DNA of 64,000 nucleotides from positions 1,984,001 through 2,048,000 of the forward strand of contig CATQHZ020000001.1 of NCBI GenBank assembly GCA_958296135.2. Direction: 5' to 3'. The notes below the pieces were generated by a model. It was not told the DNA's origin. It saw nothing but the letters and a program-made list of their open reading frames with translations, and searched no databases. The stretch is from an uncultured Poribacteria bacterium (GTDB taxonomy: Bacteria > Poribacteria > WGA-4E > WGA-3G). Below, piece by piece: positions 47,242 through 56,488 of the stretch; the first letter of the stretch is position 1; each line of letters starts with the position of its first letter. The position numbers and the translations under genes were made by a program.

Positions 47242-48129
47242 TTATATTAATCCGCACAGGTAGTCCCGGCTCCGCAAGGCATCTGCCAACGAATGCAAAG
47301 TCGGCGTGTTTTCAAGCAGGAGATCGCCGGTATAGTTGCCTTTGCGCAAGCGTTCAGCGATGGCACGGAAATCGACAAACCCGTCGCTGACTTCCGATAG
47401 CACGCCGTCTTTCGTCTTCTGCTTGAAATGCACGGAAGTGAGGTCTGACATCTTTACCTCACGCCAGAACGCCTCAGGCGAATTCAGCGTTGTCCCGTCA
47501 GCACGATAGGTGTTCGTTTCGTCGTAGGTGAGTTTCGCGCCGCCAGCGACGGCTAGCCTCAAGGTTAACAGCGCGGATTGACGCGCGTTCTCCACAGCGA
47601 AAATCATCGGGTAGTCGGGTAAAAGCGCGTTATATCGTTGGAGGTTCGCGACAGCGGCGGCTTCGTCAATTTCACCTTCGGTGTCCAGATCGACGAGGCG
47701 GAACCGGGCGCGCGATGGACATAGTAGATACGCCAACTTCTTCGCCGTGATTATCGGTTGGGTGTCTCCCGGGTCTGAAAGCCAAGGATGGGCCATCGCA
47801 TAACTTAAGGTGAGCCCTTCTGCTTTTCGAGCGAAGGCGGCTACCTCTTCAAAAAGCGCGGGGTGCTTAGTGTGATGCCGTTTCCCATTCCACACCGCCT
47901 CGGAGAGGGTTTTCCACTCGGCATCGGAGTAATCGGGCATTGCCAATTCAAGTTGATTGATGATGGCCCCGAAGGCGGAATCGCGGAGGTAATCACCTTC
48001 GCGCACCTCCATATCGCGGAACCCATTCTGGCCGAATTCAACCACCAGGTCATCGAAGCGTGCACCGCCGTGTGAAACGTGCATCTCTACGCTCCAGATA
48101 TTCGTAACAATTCCAAGTTTTTCAAACAT
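47242..48129 (-). CDS. Xylose isomerase-like TIM barrel protein
   Basis: AVEN, YDETN, VHFKQ, GFVDF, LLEN pattern. Confidence 0.6.
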   Translation of the reverse strand: MFEKLGIVTNIWSVEMHVSHGGARFDDLVVEFGQNGFRDMEVREGDYLRDSAFGAIINQLELAMPDYSDAEWKTLSEAVWNGKRHHTKHPALFEEVAAFARKAEGLTLSYAMAHPWLSDPGDTQPIITAKKLAYLLCPSRARFRLVDLDTEGEIDEAAAVANLQRYNALLPDYPMIFAVENARQSALLTLRLAVAGGAKLTYDETNTYRADGTTLNSPEAFWREVKMSDLTSVHFKQKTKDGVLSEVSDGFVDFRAIAERLRKGNYTGDLLLENTPTLHSLADALRSRDYLCGLI

Positions 48130-48156
48130 GGTGATAACCTCAAAAAATCAGTTTTC

Positions 48157-48355
48157 CCAGTAGGAGAGCCCTCCTGCGTCTCAATACCGATGCCCCGGTC
48201 TCAATACCGATGTCCCGGTAGGAGAGCCCTCCCGCGTCTCGATTTCTTGCGCCCCGGTAGGAGAGACTCCCGCGGCTCGATACCGATGCCCCGGTAGGAG
48301 AGACCTCCCGCGTCTCGATACCGATGCCCCAGTAGGAGAGACCTCCCGGTCTCGA
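48157..48355. repeat. Tandem array of five GTAGGAGAG-type REP units
   Basis: GTAG at 48160, 48218, 48257, 48294 and 48332; the linker ATACCGATGCCCC recurs. Confidence 0.88.
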
Positions 48356-48375
48356 TAGTGAAGGAGACAAAACCG

Positions 48376-49044
48376 TTGACACAATTTACCGATGAACTCA
48401 GACAATTCGCCGCCCCGATTTGGGAGGCAGATCTGCAGCACCCCTTCGTCCGCGGCATTGCCGATGGCAGCCTTCCGACAGAAAAGTTTAAGTTCTACCT
48501 CATTCAGGACTATCTGTTCCTATTGGACTATAGCCGTGTGTTTGCGCACGGCGTTATCAAGGCACCCGATGAGGCGACGATGGCACTCTTTTCACAACTG
48601 CTCAACGAAACCCTCAACACGGAGATGGATTTGCACCGCGGGTATTGCGAAAAATTTGGCATCTCCGCCGCCGAGATGGAGCAGGCACCGGTAGCCCCAA
48701 CGACGCATGCCTATACTCGGCATGTGCTGCATGTCGCACAGAGCGGCACGCTGGCAGCCCTTATCTCAGGTGTTTTGCCGTGCCAGTGGGGTTACGCCGA
48801 GATAGGCACAACGTTGGCACAGCAGGGAGGTTCGCCCGAACCGCTCTATCAAGAGTGGATAGAGATGTATGCCTCCGAGGAATTCCTCGCCTTGGGCAAG
48901 TGGTTGCGCAGCCTCCTGAACAAGTTGACAGCAGAGAGCGGTTCCGCCGAGAAAGCGCGGTTGAAGGAGCATTTCCTGCTCAGCAGCCGTTATGAGTATC
49001 TCTTTTGGGAGCAGGCGTGGACGCAGGAGACATGGCAGATTTAA
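48376..49044 (+). CDS. tenA: Thiaminase II / aminopyrimidine aminohydrolase TenA
   Basis: HPFV, FYLIQDYLFL, LPCQWGY, YQEWIEMY, YEYLFW; TTG start after AAGGAG. Confidence 0.9.
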   Translation: MTQFTDELRQFAAPIWEADLQHPFVRGIADGSLPTEKFKFYLIQDYLFLLDYSRVFAHGVIKAPDEATMALFSQLLNETLNTEMDLHRGYCEKFGISAAEMEQAPVAPTTHAYTRHVLHVAQSGTLAALISGVLPCQWGYAEIGTTLAQQGGSPEPLYQEWIEMYASEEFLALGKWLRSLLNKLTAESGSAEKARLKEHFLLSSRYEYLFWEQAWTQETWQI

Positions 49045-49095
49045 GAGCATTGCCGGGAGGCGCGGTTTTCAACCGCGCTCCTGCAGCATGCGCGC

Positions 49096-50979
49096 TTACA
49101 ACGCGCGTCTACCTGTATTGGGCAGAGCAACATGAAATACGGTGCCTTGTCCTAACGTGCTCTCAAGCCAGATGCGCCCACCGTGGCGCAGCACGATGTG
49201 TTTGGCAATGGCGAGGCCGAGGCCGAGGCCGCCCATTTCTCTGGCGCGTCCTTTGTCCACGCGATAAAACCGTTCAAACACGCGCGATTGCGACTCCAAC
49301 GGGATACCGATGCCGGTGTCTTTCACATGCACGATGAGTTCGTTCCCCGATACATCCGCCGAGACGCGAATCGTGCCACCGTCCGGCGTGTACTTAATTG
49401 CATTGTCAATGAGATTCACAAAAACTTGCATGAAGAGCTGTTTGTCTACCTTAACCCGCGGCACGGTTTCGGGGGTATCCCACTCCAAAACCACGCCTGA
49501 TTCCTCTAACACCGGCTCAAACACGTCCAGAATCGGTTCGTGAAAGGCGTTGAGGTGACAGGGGGCACGTTTCAATTCAACGTCACCCGATTCAAGCCGC
49601 GATAATTCAAGCAGATCGGCGACTAATCGCGAGAGACGCGCAGCGTGACTTAGGATTTTGATCAGGAATTCTTCGCGATTTTTTTTGCCGGCAACAGAAA
49701 AGTCAAACTCGCTGTTGAGTAGGGTTTCTGCGTAGCCTTGAATGGAGGTGAGGGGGGTTCGCAGTTCATGTGAGACATTCGCCACGAAATCTGCACGGAT
49801 GCGTTCTAGTTGCCGCACTTGGCTCACATCATGGATAACGATAAGGTACTCCCGGTCGGCAGCTCGGGTAGGCGGATCGACAGTGCCTTCGTTTTCACGA
49901 AAACCTTCCAGGTCTCGTAGCGCGGGGGCCTGTCCCCCGCGATGCTCCTCTGGCGCGGTGATGGGGACGACGGTAACCTCCGCCTCCGGCTCCATCAGAT
50001 TGCCAAGCCGAATTTCCGCGAAAGCGACAGTGCCAGTCTGTTCCGCCTTTTTGAGCAGTGCCTGCAGCTCCGGCTTTCTATTAATTTCTATCAGAGCCTT
50101 GCCGATGTATTCATCTGGGAGAACCAACATGGCAATAGCGGCGGGGTTCGCATAGGTAACCTCAGACGCGCCGTTGACAAGCAGCACGCCCTCTCCCATA
50201 TTCGTCAAGATGGTTTCAAAGCGATGGTGTGCCTGAGAAATTCTGTGAATTTGCCCCTGCACTCGACTTGCCATCATGTTGAAATTCCGGGAGAGCTGCC
50301 CCAATTCATTGCCGGAATTGACTGGCACCCGCGAGGTAATCTTTCCGGCGGCCAGCGATTGCGTCGTCTGAGTCAATTTCTGAATGGGCTTGACGATGGC
50401 ACCGGTGGTAAAAATGCTGAACAGAATCGCCAAGACGAGCCCCGCCACACTGACGAAGAGGAGCATGCGCCAGAGGTTGAAAACCGCGCTGTTGACAGTT
50501 TGCATCGGGAGTGCAACACGGCAGATGCCGAGCAGCTCCCCATCGCGTTCAATAGGCACGGCGAAATAACGGAATTCTGTTTCTGTCGTGGTGCTATACC
50601 GGTCGCGAAGACCGCGCCCTTTCTCTAATGCCGCCTGCACTTCTGGGCGACTGAGATGGTTGTCCATAGCGAGGAGTTCCGCGCCATTGCGCTCAGTATC
50701 TCCCCAGACGCGCCCATCAACATCGATGAAGGTCAAACGCATCTGTCCCGCCCCTCCGAGTCTATCTACGAGCCTGTCTATCTCGTGCGTGAACTCATCG
50801 GTTTTGGGCAATTTTTCAAGCAGAAATTCGCGGGAGAGTGCCGCCTGAATTTCTAATTCGCCGGTGATGCGGCTGCTGAGGGATGCCCTTAGCGTCGCAC
50901 CGAGGTAGAGATACATGGCGAATAGCACCAAAAGCACGATACCGATGTAACTGAACGTCAATTGTGTGCGGATGCTCAT
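49096..50979 (-). CDS. PhoR-like sensor histidine kinase (HAMP-PAS-HisKA-HATPase)
   Basis: NHLSRPEV, FVANVSHELRTPLTSI, NLIDNAIKY, FERFYRVDK, GLGLAIAKH. Confidence 0.88.
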   Translation of the reverse strand: MSIRTQLTFSYIGIVLLVLFAMYLYLGATLRASLSSRITGELEIQAALSREFLLEKLPKTDEFTHEIDRLVDRLGGAGQMRLTFIDVDGRVWGDTERNGAELLAMDNHLSRPEVQAALEKGRGLRDRYSTTTETEFRYFAVPIERDGELLGICRVALPMQTVNSAVFNLWRMLLFVSVAGLVLAILFSIFTTGAIVKPIQKLTQTTQSLAAGKITSRVPVNSGNELGQLSRNFNMMASRVQGQIHRISQAHHRFETILTNMGEGVLLVNGASEVTYANPAAIAMLVLPDEYIGKALIEINRKPELQALLKKAEQTGTVAFAEIRLGNLMEPEAEVTVVPITAPEEHRGGQAPALRDLEGFRENEGTVDPPTRAADREYLIVIHDVSQVRQLERIRADFVANVSHELRTPLTSIQGYAETLLNSEFDFSVAGKKNREEFLIKILSHAARLSRLVADLLELSRLESGDVELKRAPCHLNAFHEPILDVFEPVLEESGVVLEWDTPETVPRVKVDKQLFMQVFVNLIDNAIKYTPDGGTIRVSADVSGNELIVHVKDTGIGIPLESQSRVFERFYRVDKGRAREMGGLGLGLAIAKHIVLRHGGRIWLESTLGQGTVFHVALPNTGRRAL

Positions 50980-51083
50980 TTTTCGTCTTTTTGTCCATGT
51001 CCAGAGAATGCTCAGCGAAGCCGAAACGCAGAAGCGGATGCCCGCCAAGGCACCCTAACCGAACCCTTCGCGCCAATACAAAA

Positions 51084-51863
51084 TTACCACGTGTCCCGGA
51101 CGCTAACGCCTTCTGTCTCCAAATAGGTTTTGATACTCTCAATCGTGAATTCGCCGTAGTGCGTGATGGAAGCGACGATGGCGGCATCGGCGTGGCTCTC
51201 AACGAAAACATCACGCAGGTGCTGCGGATTCCCCGCGCCGCCAGAAGCAATCACCGGCACCGGCACCTTATCGGCAATCGCACCCGTTAACGCGAGTTCA
51301 TAACCTGCCTTCGTGCCATCGGCATCGATGCTGTTAACGACGATTTCGCCCGCGCCGAGTGCCACGCCGCGCGCCGCCCACGCCAGCGCATCCCAGCCGA
51401 CCGGTTTTCTGCCACCATCGATATAGATTTCATAGCCGCTCGGAATCTGTTCGCTTTTCGGGACGCGTTTCACCTGCATGCTGAGCACGACACATTGGCT
51501 GCCGAACGCGCGCGCGCCTTCCGCGATTAACTGCGGGGTTCGCACCGCACCGGAGTCAATGCTCACCTTTTCCGCACCAGCAAGGAGAACGCGGCGCATA
51601 TCCTCAAGTGTCCGCAACCCACCGCCGACAGAGAAAGGAATAAAGATTTCGGCGGCGACAGCGGAGACAACATCGAGCATGATGTCGCGCCGTTCGTTGC
51701 TCGCCGTGATGTCGTAAAAGACGAGTTCATCCGCGCCGCCTTCGTAGTAAAAGCGCGCCATTTCCACCGGGTCGCCGACATCAACGTTGCCTTTGAAAGC
51801 GATGCCTTTCGTCACCTTCCCCGCGCGCACGTCTAAACATGGAATAATCCGTTTTGTTAGCAT
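51084..51863 (-). CDS. hisF: Imidazole glycerol phosphate synthase cyclase subunit
   Basis: [44 protein letters not shown]. Confidence 0.95.
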   Translation of the reverse strand: MLTKRIIPCLDVRAGKVTKGIAFKGNVDVGDPVEMARFYYEGGADELVFYDITASNERRDIMLDVVSAVAAEIFIPFSVGGGLRTLEDMRRVLLAGAEKVSIDSGAVRTPQLIAEGARAFGSQCVVLSMQVKRVPKSEQIPSGYEIYIDGGRKPVGWDALAWAARGVALGAGEIVVNSIDADGTKAGYELALTGAIADKVPVPVIASGGAGNPQHLRDVFVESHADAAIVASITHYGEFTIESIKTYLETEGVSVRDTW

Positions 51864-51977
51864 TTTTCGTCATTTGAGTCTTCGTCCCTATCCACTCTAA
51901 TTCGGGCGAGCCCGAACTGTTTGAGCTCAGGCGAGTCCAAACTATAGAACCGGGGACGAAATAATTCTGATTCTCCA

Positions 51978-53630
51978 TCACGATAATTTCCGCTTAAACA
52001 TTTCCACAATCTCGTCAAACTCTTTCACTCTCAACGCTTTATACATGCCTGCAAGCACGATAACACCGATGCCGATAGGAATAAACACGCCGCTGACTCG
52101 CGTCACGAAACCCTCCGTGCCGAGCCAGTCGCCCTCAATAATCCCGTTCGCCACCCAGCAGCTGAGCCCCATCGCTACCGAGGCGATGACGGTTTTCAAC
52201 GTCAGGGGGATGAGCGAGGAGAGTCCCAATCTGCCGACTTTGCGGTGCAGCAGCACCAATAAAACCGAAAAATTCAGCGTCACCGTCACAACGGTTGAAA
52301 GCACGACTGCACGATGATCTGGAAATATCCCGCGGTAAATAAACAGATAGTTCAGCGCGATGTTGAGCGTAACGGCGCAAACGCTAACAATCACCGGGGC
52401 ACGGATGTCTTTGTAGGCGTAAAATCCATCTGTCACGATTTTGAGTGCCGAAAACCCGCACAACCCGAAGGCATAAACAAACAACGCGCCGCCCGTTGCA
52501 AGCGTGTCTACCCCCGAGGTCTGCCCGCGTTCATAAAGCAGGCGGCAGATAGGCTGAGACAGCACCATCAACCCGACAGAAGCCGGTATCGTCAACGTTA
52601 GCATTAACCGTAACGCGCCAGAGAGCGCGCTGCGGAACTTGTCCGTTTCACCCGCAGTGGCGAACCGTGCGAGTTGCGGCAGTGCCACTGTCGAAATCGC
52701 CACACCGAATATCCCGATAGGCAGATGCATCACGCGGTAGGCTCTGCCGAGCCATGTCAACCACCCCGAACCCGAGGTAATAAATAAGGTATTCGTAAAC
52801 TGATTCACCTGCACCGCCGCCACGCCTAACACCGCCGGTCCGATGAGGCTGACAACTTGCCGCACCCTCGCATCGCGGAGACTGAGGCGCGGCCGATACC
52901 GAAAGCCTACCTGATACATCGAAGGCACCTGAATCAGGAACTGCGCGAGCCCCCCAACGACAACTCCCACCGCCATTCCTGTCACCGGATGCATCCCCAC
53001 CCGTTGGCATACATAATAGCCGCCGACCCCGAGCGCGAGGGAACTGACGTTAAAGAGAGAAGACGCGCACGCCGGAATGCCGAATTTGCCCTTGCTGTTG
53101 AGTAACCCCATCGCAATCGCCGCAAGCGAGACAAAAAGGAGGTAGGGGAACATCAACTGCGTCAGATAGACTGTCAGTTCAATTTTACTGCTGAACCCGA
53201 AGTGCGCGGTGGCATCTAACGCCTCTTCAAACCCATCGCGCGCCAGCACTTTGGTGATGAGTATCGGAGAAAAGGCGATACCTAGCACTGTTATCCCGAT
53301 TAAAACGAGGCCGGTCAGGTTGAAAACGCGGTTTGCCAGATGCCACGCCGCTTCTTCTCCGTCTTCGCCTTCTGTTGCGAGGAAGGTGGTAATAAATGCC
53401 TTGCTCAAGATGCCTTCGCCGAACAGATCTCGCAGGAAATTCGGGATGCGGAACGCCAAGTTAAAGGCATCCGCGCCGGTCCGCGCCGGAAAATAGAACG
53501 CTATCGCAACCTCGCGGGCGAGGCCGAGAATCCGCGAGCCCATCACAGCGAGACTGACAATCCCCGCCGCACGGGTGACATTTTGATTTAGCGTTGATTT
53601 GGATTCGTTTTCCATTCTGTAAGGCGACAA
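51978..53630 (-). CDS. murJ: Lipid II flippase MurJ (MviN)
   Basis: SRILGLARE, AFRIPNFLRDLFGEG, LPIGIFGVAIST. The start may be the ATG at 53615. Confidence 0.92.
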   Translation of the reverse strand: MSPYRMENESKSTLNQNVTRAAGIVSLAVMGSRILGLAREVAIAFYFPARTGADAFNLAFRIPNFLRDLFGEGILSKAFITTFLATEGEDGEEAAWHLANRVFNLTGLVLIGITVLGIAFSPILITKVLARDGFEEALDATAHFGFSSKIELTVYLTQLMFPYLLFVSLAAIAMGLLNSKGKFGIPACASSLFNVSSLALGVGGYYVCQRVGMHPVTGMAVGVVVGGLAQFLIQVPSMYQVGFRYRPRLSLRDARVRQVVSLIGPAVLGVAAVQVNQFTNTLFITSGSGWLTWLGRAYRVMHLPIGIFGVAISTVALPQLARFATAGETDKFRSALSGALRLMLTLTIPASVGLMVLSQPICRLLYERGQTSGVDTLATGGALFVYAFGLCGFSALKIVTDGFYAYKDIRAPVIVSVCAVTLNIALNYLFIYRGIFPDHRAVVLSTVVTVTLNFSVLLVLLHRKVGRLGLSSLIPLTLKTVIASVAMGLSCWVANGIIEGDWLGTEGFVTRVSGVFIPIGIGVIVLAGMYKALRVKEFDEIVEMFKRKLS

Positions 53631-53753
53631 TTCAGACTAAATTACGTTGATGCTACTAGCCGCTGATGAATTTCGTTTATCCTTGACATCTTCCCCAAAT
53701 TCGTGTAAATTACCAATAGACGCAATTCTCACAACATCACAGGAGAACCGAAA

Positions 53754-54134
53754 ATGCAACAAAAACGATACTTCACCCTGGAAGAAGCCAACCAGTGCAT
53801 ACCAGAATTGACCGAGGACATCCTCGCGCTGCAGGCACTGAAAAGCGAACTCGCTGAGCTCCACGCCGAACTCACGCCGATGTTTGAGGTGATCTCCTCG
53901 AACGGTGGAGATAAACGCTCGCCGGCATTCCTCCGCGCAGGCGCGCAATTCCGACAAACCTTTGAACGCATCGCACGCAGCGGCTGCCACCTCAAAGGAC
54001 TTGACCCGGGCCTCGTCGATTTCCCGCACCTACGCGATGGCAAAGAGGTCTACCTCTGCTGGCGGCTCGGTGAACAAGAAATCCGATACTGGCACGAGAC
54101 AGATACCGGTTTTGCGGGCCGAAAGCCTTTGTAG
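53754..54134 (+). CDS. DUF2203 family protein
   Basis: RYFTLEEAN, GLVDFP, YLCWRLGE, WH..GFAGRKPL; TTGACA-17-TAAATT at 53683-53711. Confidence 0.85.
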   Translation: MQQKRYFTLEEANQCIPELTEDILALQALKSELAELHAELTPMFEVISSNGGDKRSPAFLRAGAQFRQTFERIARSGCHLKGLDPGLVDFPHLRDGKEVYLCWRLGEQEIRYWHETDTGFAGRKPL

Positions 54135-54220
54135 GCACGAACGCGAGGGACAGGCTCACGCCATGCCACGAGCGCGAGGGGAACCCTCGGCGATTAGTGA
54201 TCGCCGGGTTTTCCCACGCG

Positions 54221-55048
54221 CTACAAACTTTGGCGCGCGATGCCATAAAAATGATTCGTCGGGCCGTGCCCGTGCCCAATATCCAACGCGTGGCGGATGG
54301 CGTTCGTGATATACGCCTTCGCCGCGCGGACCGCCTCCGTGAGCTCCTTGCCGTGCGCGAGCTGCGTCGCGATGGCGGCGGAATAGGTGCAACCCGTGCC
54401 GTGTGTATTCTGCGTATTGATGCGCTCCGCCTCAAAAAAGTGCCACTCTCCACCGAAATATAGCACATCTGTCGCCTGCGCACCGCCGAGATGGCCGCCT
54501 TTTACCAGCACCGCCTCGCATCCTAACGCCGCAATAATCTGCGCCGCGGCTTTAGCATCCGCCGTAGTCTGGATTTCCTGTTGCGCCAGCAATTCTGCCT
54601 CGTAAATGTTCGGTGTGATGAGCGTGGCAAGCGGAATCAACTCCGTCTTAAGACTCGCAATTGCCTCTTCTTTTAATAAAGGAAACCGACTCTTGGAGAT
54701 CATCACCGGGTCTACGACGATAGGCGCGCGCTTAGAAATCGCGCCCGCGGGAGACTGAGAGATGTGCTGACGCAACTTCCGCGATACCGCCGCCACAATC
54801 CCCGATGAAGAGAGCATCCCGGTCTTGACGCTAGACACGTCAAAGTCGGTGAAGACAGCATCCAGTTGTGCCTCAATGAGGGGAATCGGCAGATCGAACG
54901 CGCTCGTCACCGCTACCGTATTCTGCGCCGTGACAGAGGTGATTGCGGACATCGCGAATCCCCCGTTTGCGGAGATGGCTTTGATGTCCGCCTGTATCCC
55001 GGCACCGCCGCCGGAGTCTGAACCTGCGATGGTTAAGATTTGTTTCAT
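54221..55048 (-). CDS. thiD: Hydroxymethylpyrimidine/phosphomethylpyrimidine kinase
   Basis: TIAGSDSGGGAGIQADIK, TAQNT, KTGML, HGTGCT, GHGP. Confidence 0.95.
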   Translation of the reverse strand: MKQILTIAGSDSGGGAGIQADIKAISANGGFAMSAITSVTAQNTVAVTSAFDLPIPLIEAQLDAVFTDFDVSSVKTGMLSSSGIVAAVSRKLRQHISQSPAGAISKRAPIVVDPVMISKSRFPLLKEEAIASLKTELIPLATLITPNIYEAELLAQQEIQTTADAKAAAQIIAALGCEAVLVKGGHLGGAQATDVLYFGGEWHFFEAERINTQNTHGTGCTYSAAIATQLAHGKELTEAVRAAKAYITNAIRHALDIGHGHGPTNHFYGIARQSL

Positions 55049-55050
55049 CG

Positions 55051-55638
55051 TTATCCTTCAGCGTCCGGCCGCGCGATGTGAAAGTCCACTTCGTGCTCGT
55101 CGTAAGCATCAAAAATTGCTCGGCAGAACGCCATCATCTTGTCATCCTGAATTGAGACCGCGGTTTCATACATTCTGATGAAGAAGCGTTTCCCGGCCTC
55201 AGACTGGGAATAGTTCTTCTTCATCAGGTTGTGTTGAGAACAGAGCGTTTGAGCGTTTTTAAGGGTGTTGGTGCCGCCCTTATCTTTCGGGATGATGTGG
55301 TCTACGGTGAGGGTAATCCCATCTTCGCGTCCGCGTCCACAGACAACACACCGATAACTATCTCGTGCCAAAATCGCTTCTTTATCCCGTGCCGAGAACT
55401 CAAGTAGTTCAACTTCGTGAACGTAGTCCGGATCATATTTGTAGACACCGGTTCTCACCTTAATCAGTTGACCTTTCTGATGGAGTTGTCTGATAACCCG
55501 CCACGGATCGCGCGGTGGGTTGTCATGTTCTTCAAGGTACTGCTCCGTTACCCAATCAACAACTGGACCATGCGACAGCTCTTGATTCGGATGATTCTCA
55601 AAATACTCCATGACAAGTCCCTCAATCGTTTTCGCCAT
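55051..55638 (-). CDS. HNH endonuclease (candidate restriction enzyme)
   Basis: RDSYRCVVCG, VDHIIPKDKGGTN...LCSQHN; overlaps the MTase stop. Confidence 0.85.
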   Translation of the reverse strand: MAKTIEGLVMEYFENHPNQELSHGPVVDWVTEQYLEEHDNPPRDPWRVIRQLHQKGQLIKVRTGVYKYDPDYVHEVELLEFSARDKEAILARDSYRCVVCGRGREDGITLTVDHIIPKDKGGTNTLKNAQTLCSQHNLMKKNYSQSEAGKRFFIRMYETAVSIQDDKMMAFCRAIFDAYDEHEVDFHIARPDAEG

Positions 55639-56422
55639 GTGCATTCTCCTTTTTTTCAAACAGACGCAGCTGCTCAGTTGCCTGACAGACCCGCTCCTTA
55701 GCGAGTTTGCAGTAGCCTTCGTCAACTTCGATCCCGATGCCTTTGCGCTTGTTTAAATGCGCCGCGACTAAGGTGGTGCCGCTGCCCATGAACGGATCGA
55801 GAACCGTATCGTGGACGTAACTGAAAAGTTTGATGCACCGACGCGGCAGTTCAACCGGAAATGGCGCGGGGTGCCCGATCCGCTTCTTGCTCTCACCGGG
55901 AAACGTCCAGAGCCCATTTGTCCACTCCATGAACTCCTTCTTATTCATATCCGATTGCCCGCTCCCGCTCGTTTTCTTCCATTGCTCCTTGTAGAGAATG
56001 ACAATTAGTTCAACCGGTGCAATGACGTAAGGCGCGGATGCCTTCAGCCACGAGCCCCAAGCGGTTCGTCGGGAGATGTTGCCCTCGTTCCAAATAATCG
56101 TGGAGTGGTATTGAAACCCGATATCCGTTGCGAGTTTGGTTAGGTCAGCACCGACGTGCTTCTGTCCCCCTTTATTTTTATCCAGAGGTATGTTGAGACA
56201 GAAGCGGCCATCGGACTTGAGCCACTGGAAGCATCGGGAAAACCACGCCTCGGAAAAGGCGAGGTACTCGGTGTAAGAGAGTGCATCGTCATTTGAGTTG
56301 TATTTGATGTCAACGTTATACGGAGGCGATGTGACAATGAGATCAACGCTGTTTTCCTTGATTGCCCGGGTTGTAAGCACGTTCTCGTTGATTATCGCGG
56401 CGTGTTCGTCGGTAAAAAACAT
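55622..56422 (-). CDS. Beta-class N4-C/N6-A DNA methyltransferase
   Basis: IVTSPPY (motif IV), HPAPFP, VLDPFMGSGTT (motif I). Confidence 0.92.
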   Translation of the reverse strand: MFFTDEHAAIINENVLTTRAIKENSVDLIVTSPPYNVDIKYNSNDDALSYTEYLAFSEAWFSRCFQWLKSDGRFCLNIPLDKNKGGQKHVGADLTKLATDIGFQYHSTIIWNEGNISRRTAWGSWLKASAPYVIAPVELIVILYKEQWKKTSGSGQSDMNKKEFMEWTNGLWTFPGESKKRIGHPAPFPVELPRRCIKLFSYVHDTVLDPFMGSGTTLVAAHLNKRKGIGIEVDEGYCKLAKERVCQATEQLRLFEKKENAHGEND

Positions 56423-56488
56423 AATTGTTTTTCCGCTGTGTAGGTAGTAGCGACTTCAAAGTTGATAAGCACTACTAGTTTCATGGGA

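Noticed and set aside
48157-48355. Possible CRISPR array
   Set aside because: The linkers are short and near-identical rather than unique spacers, no cas genes are present, and the unit matches dispersed REP-like elements.
51864-51981. Short ORF between murJ and hisF
   Set aside because: It has no recognisable motif and overlaps hisF out of frame, so it cannot be supported.
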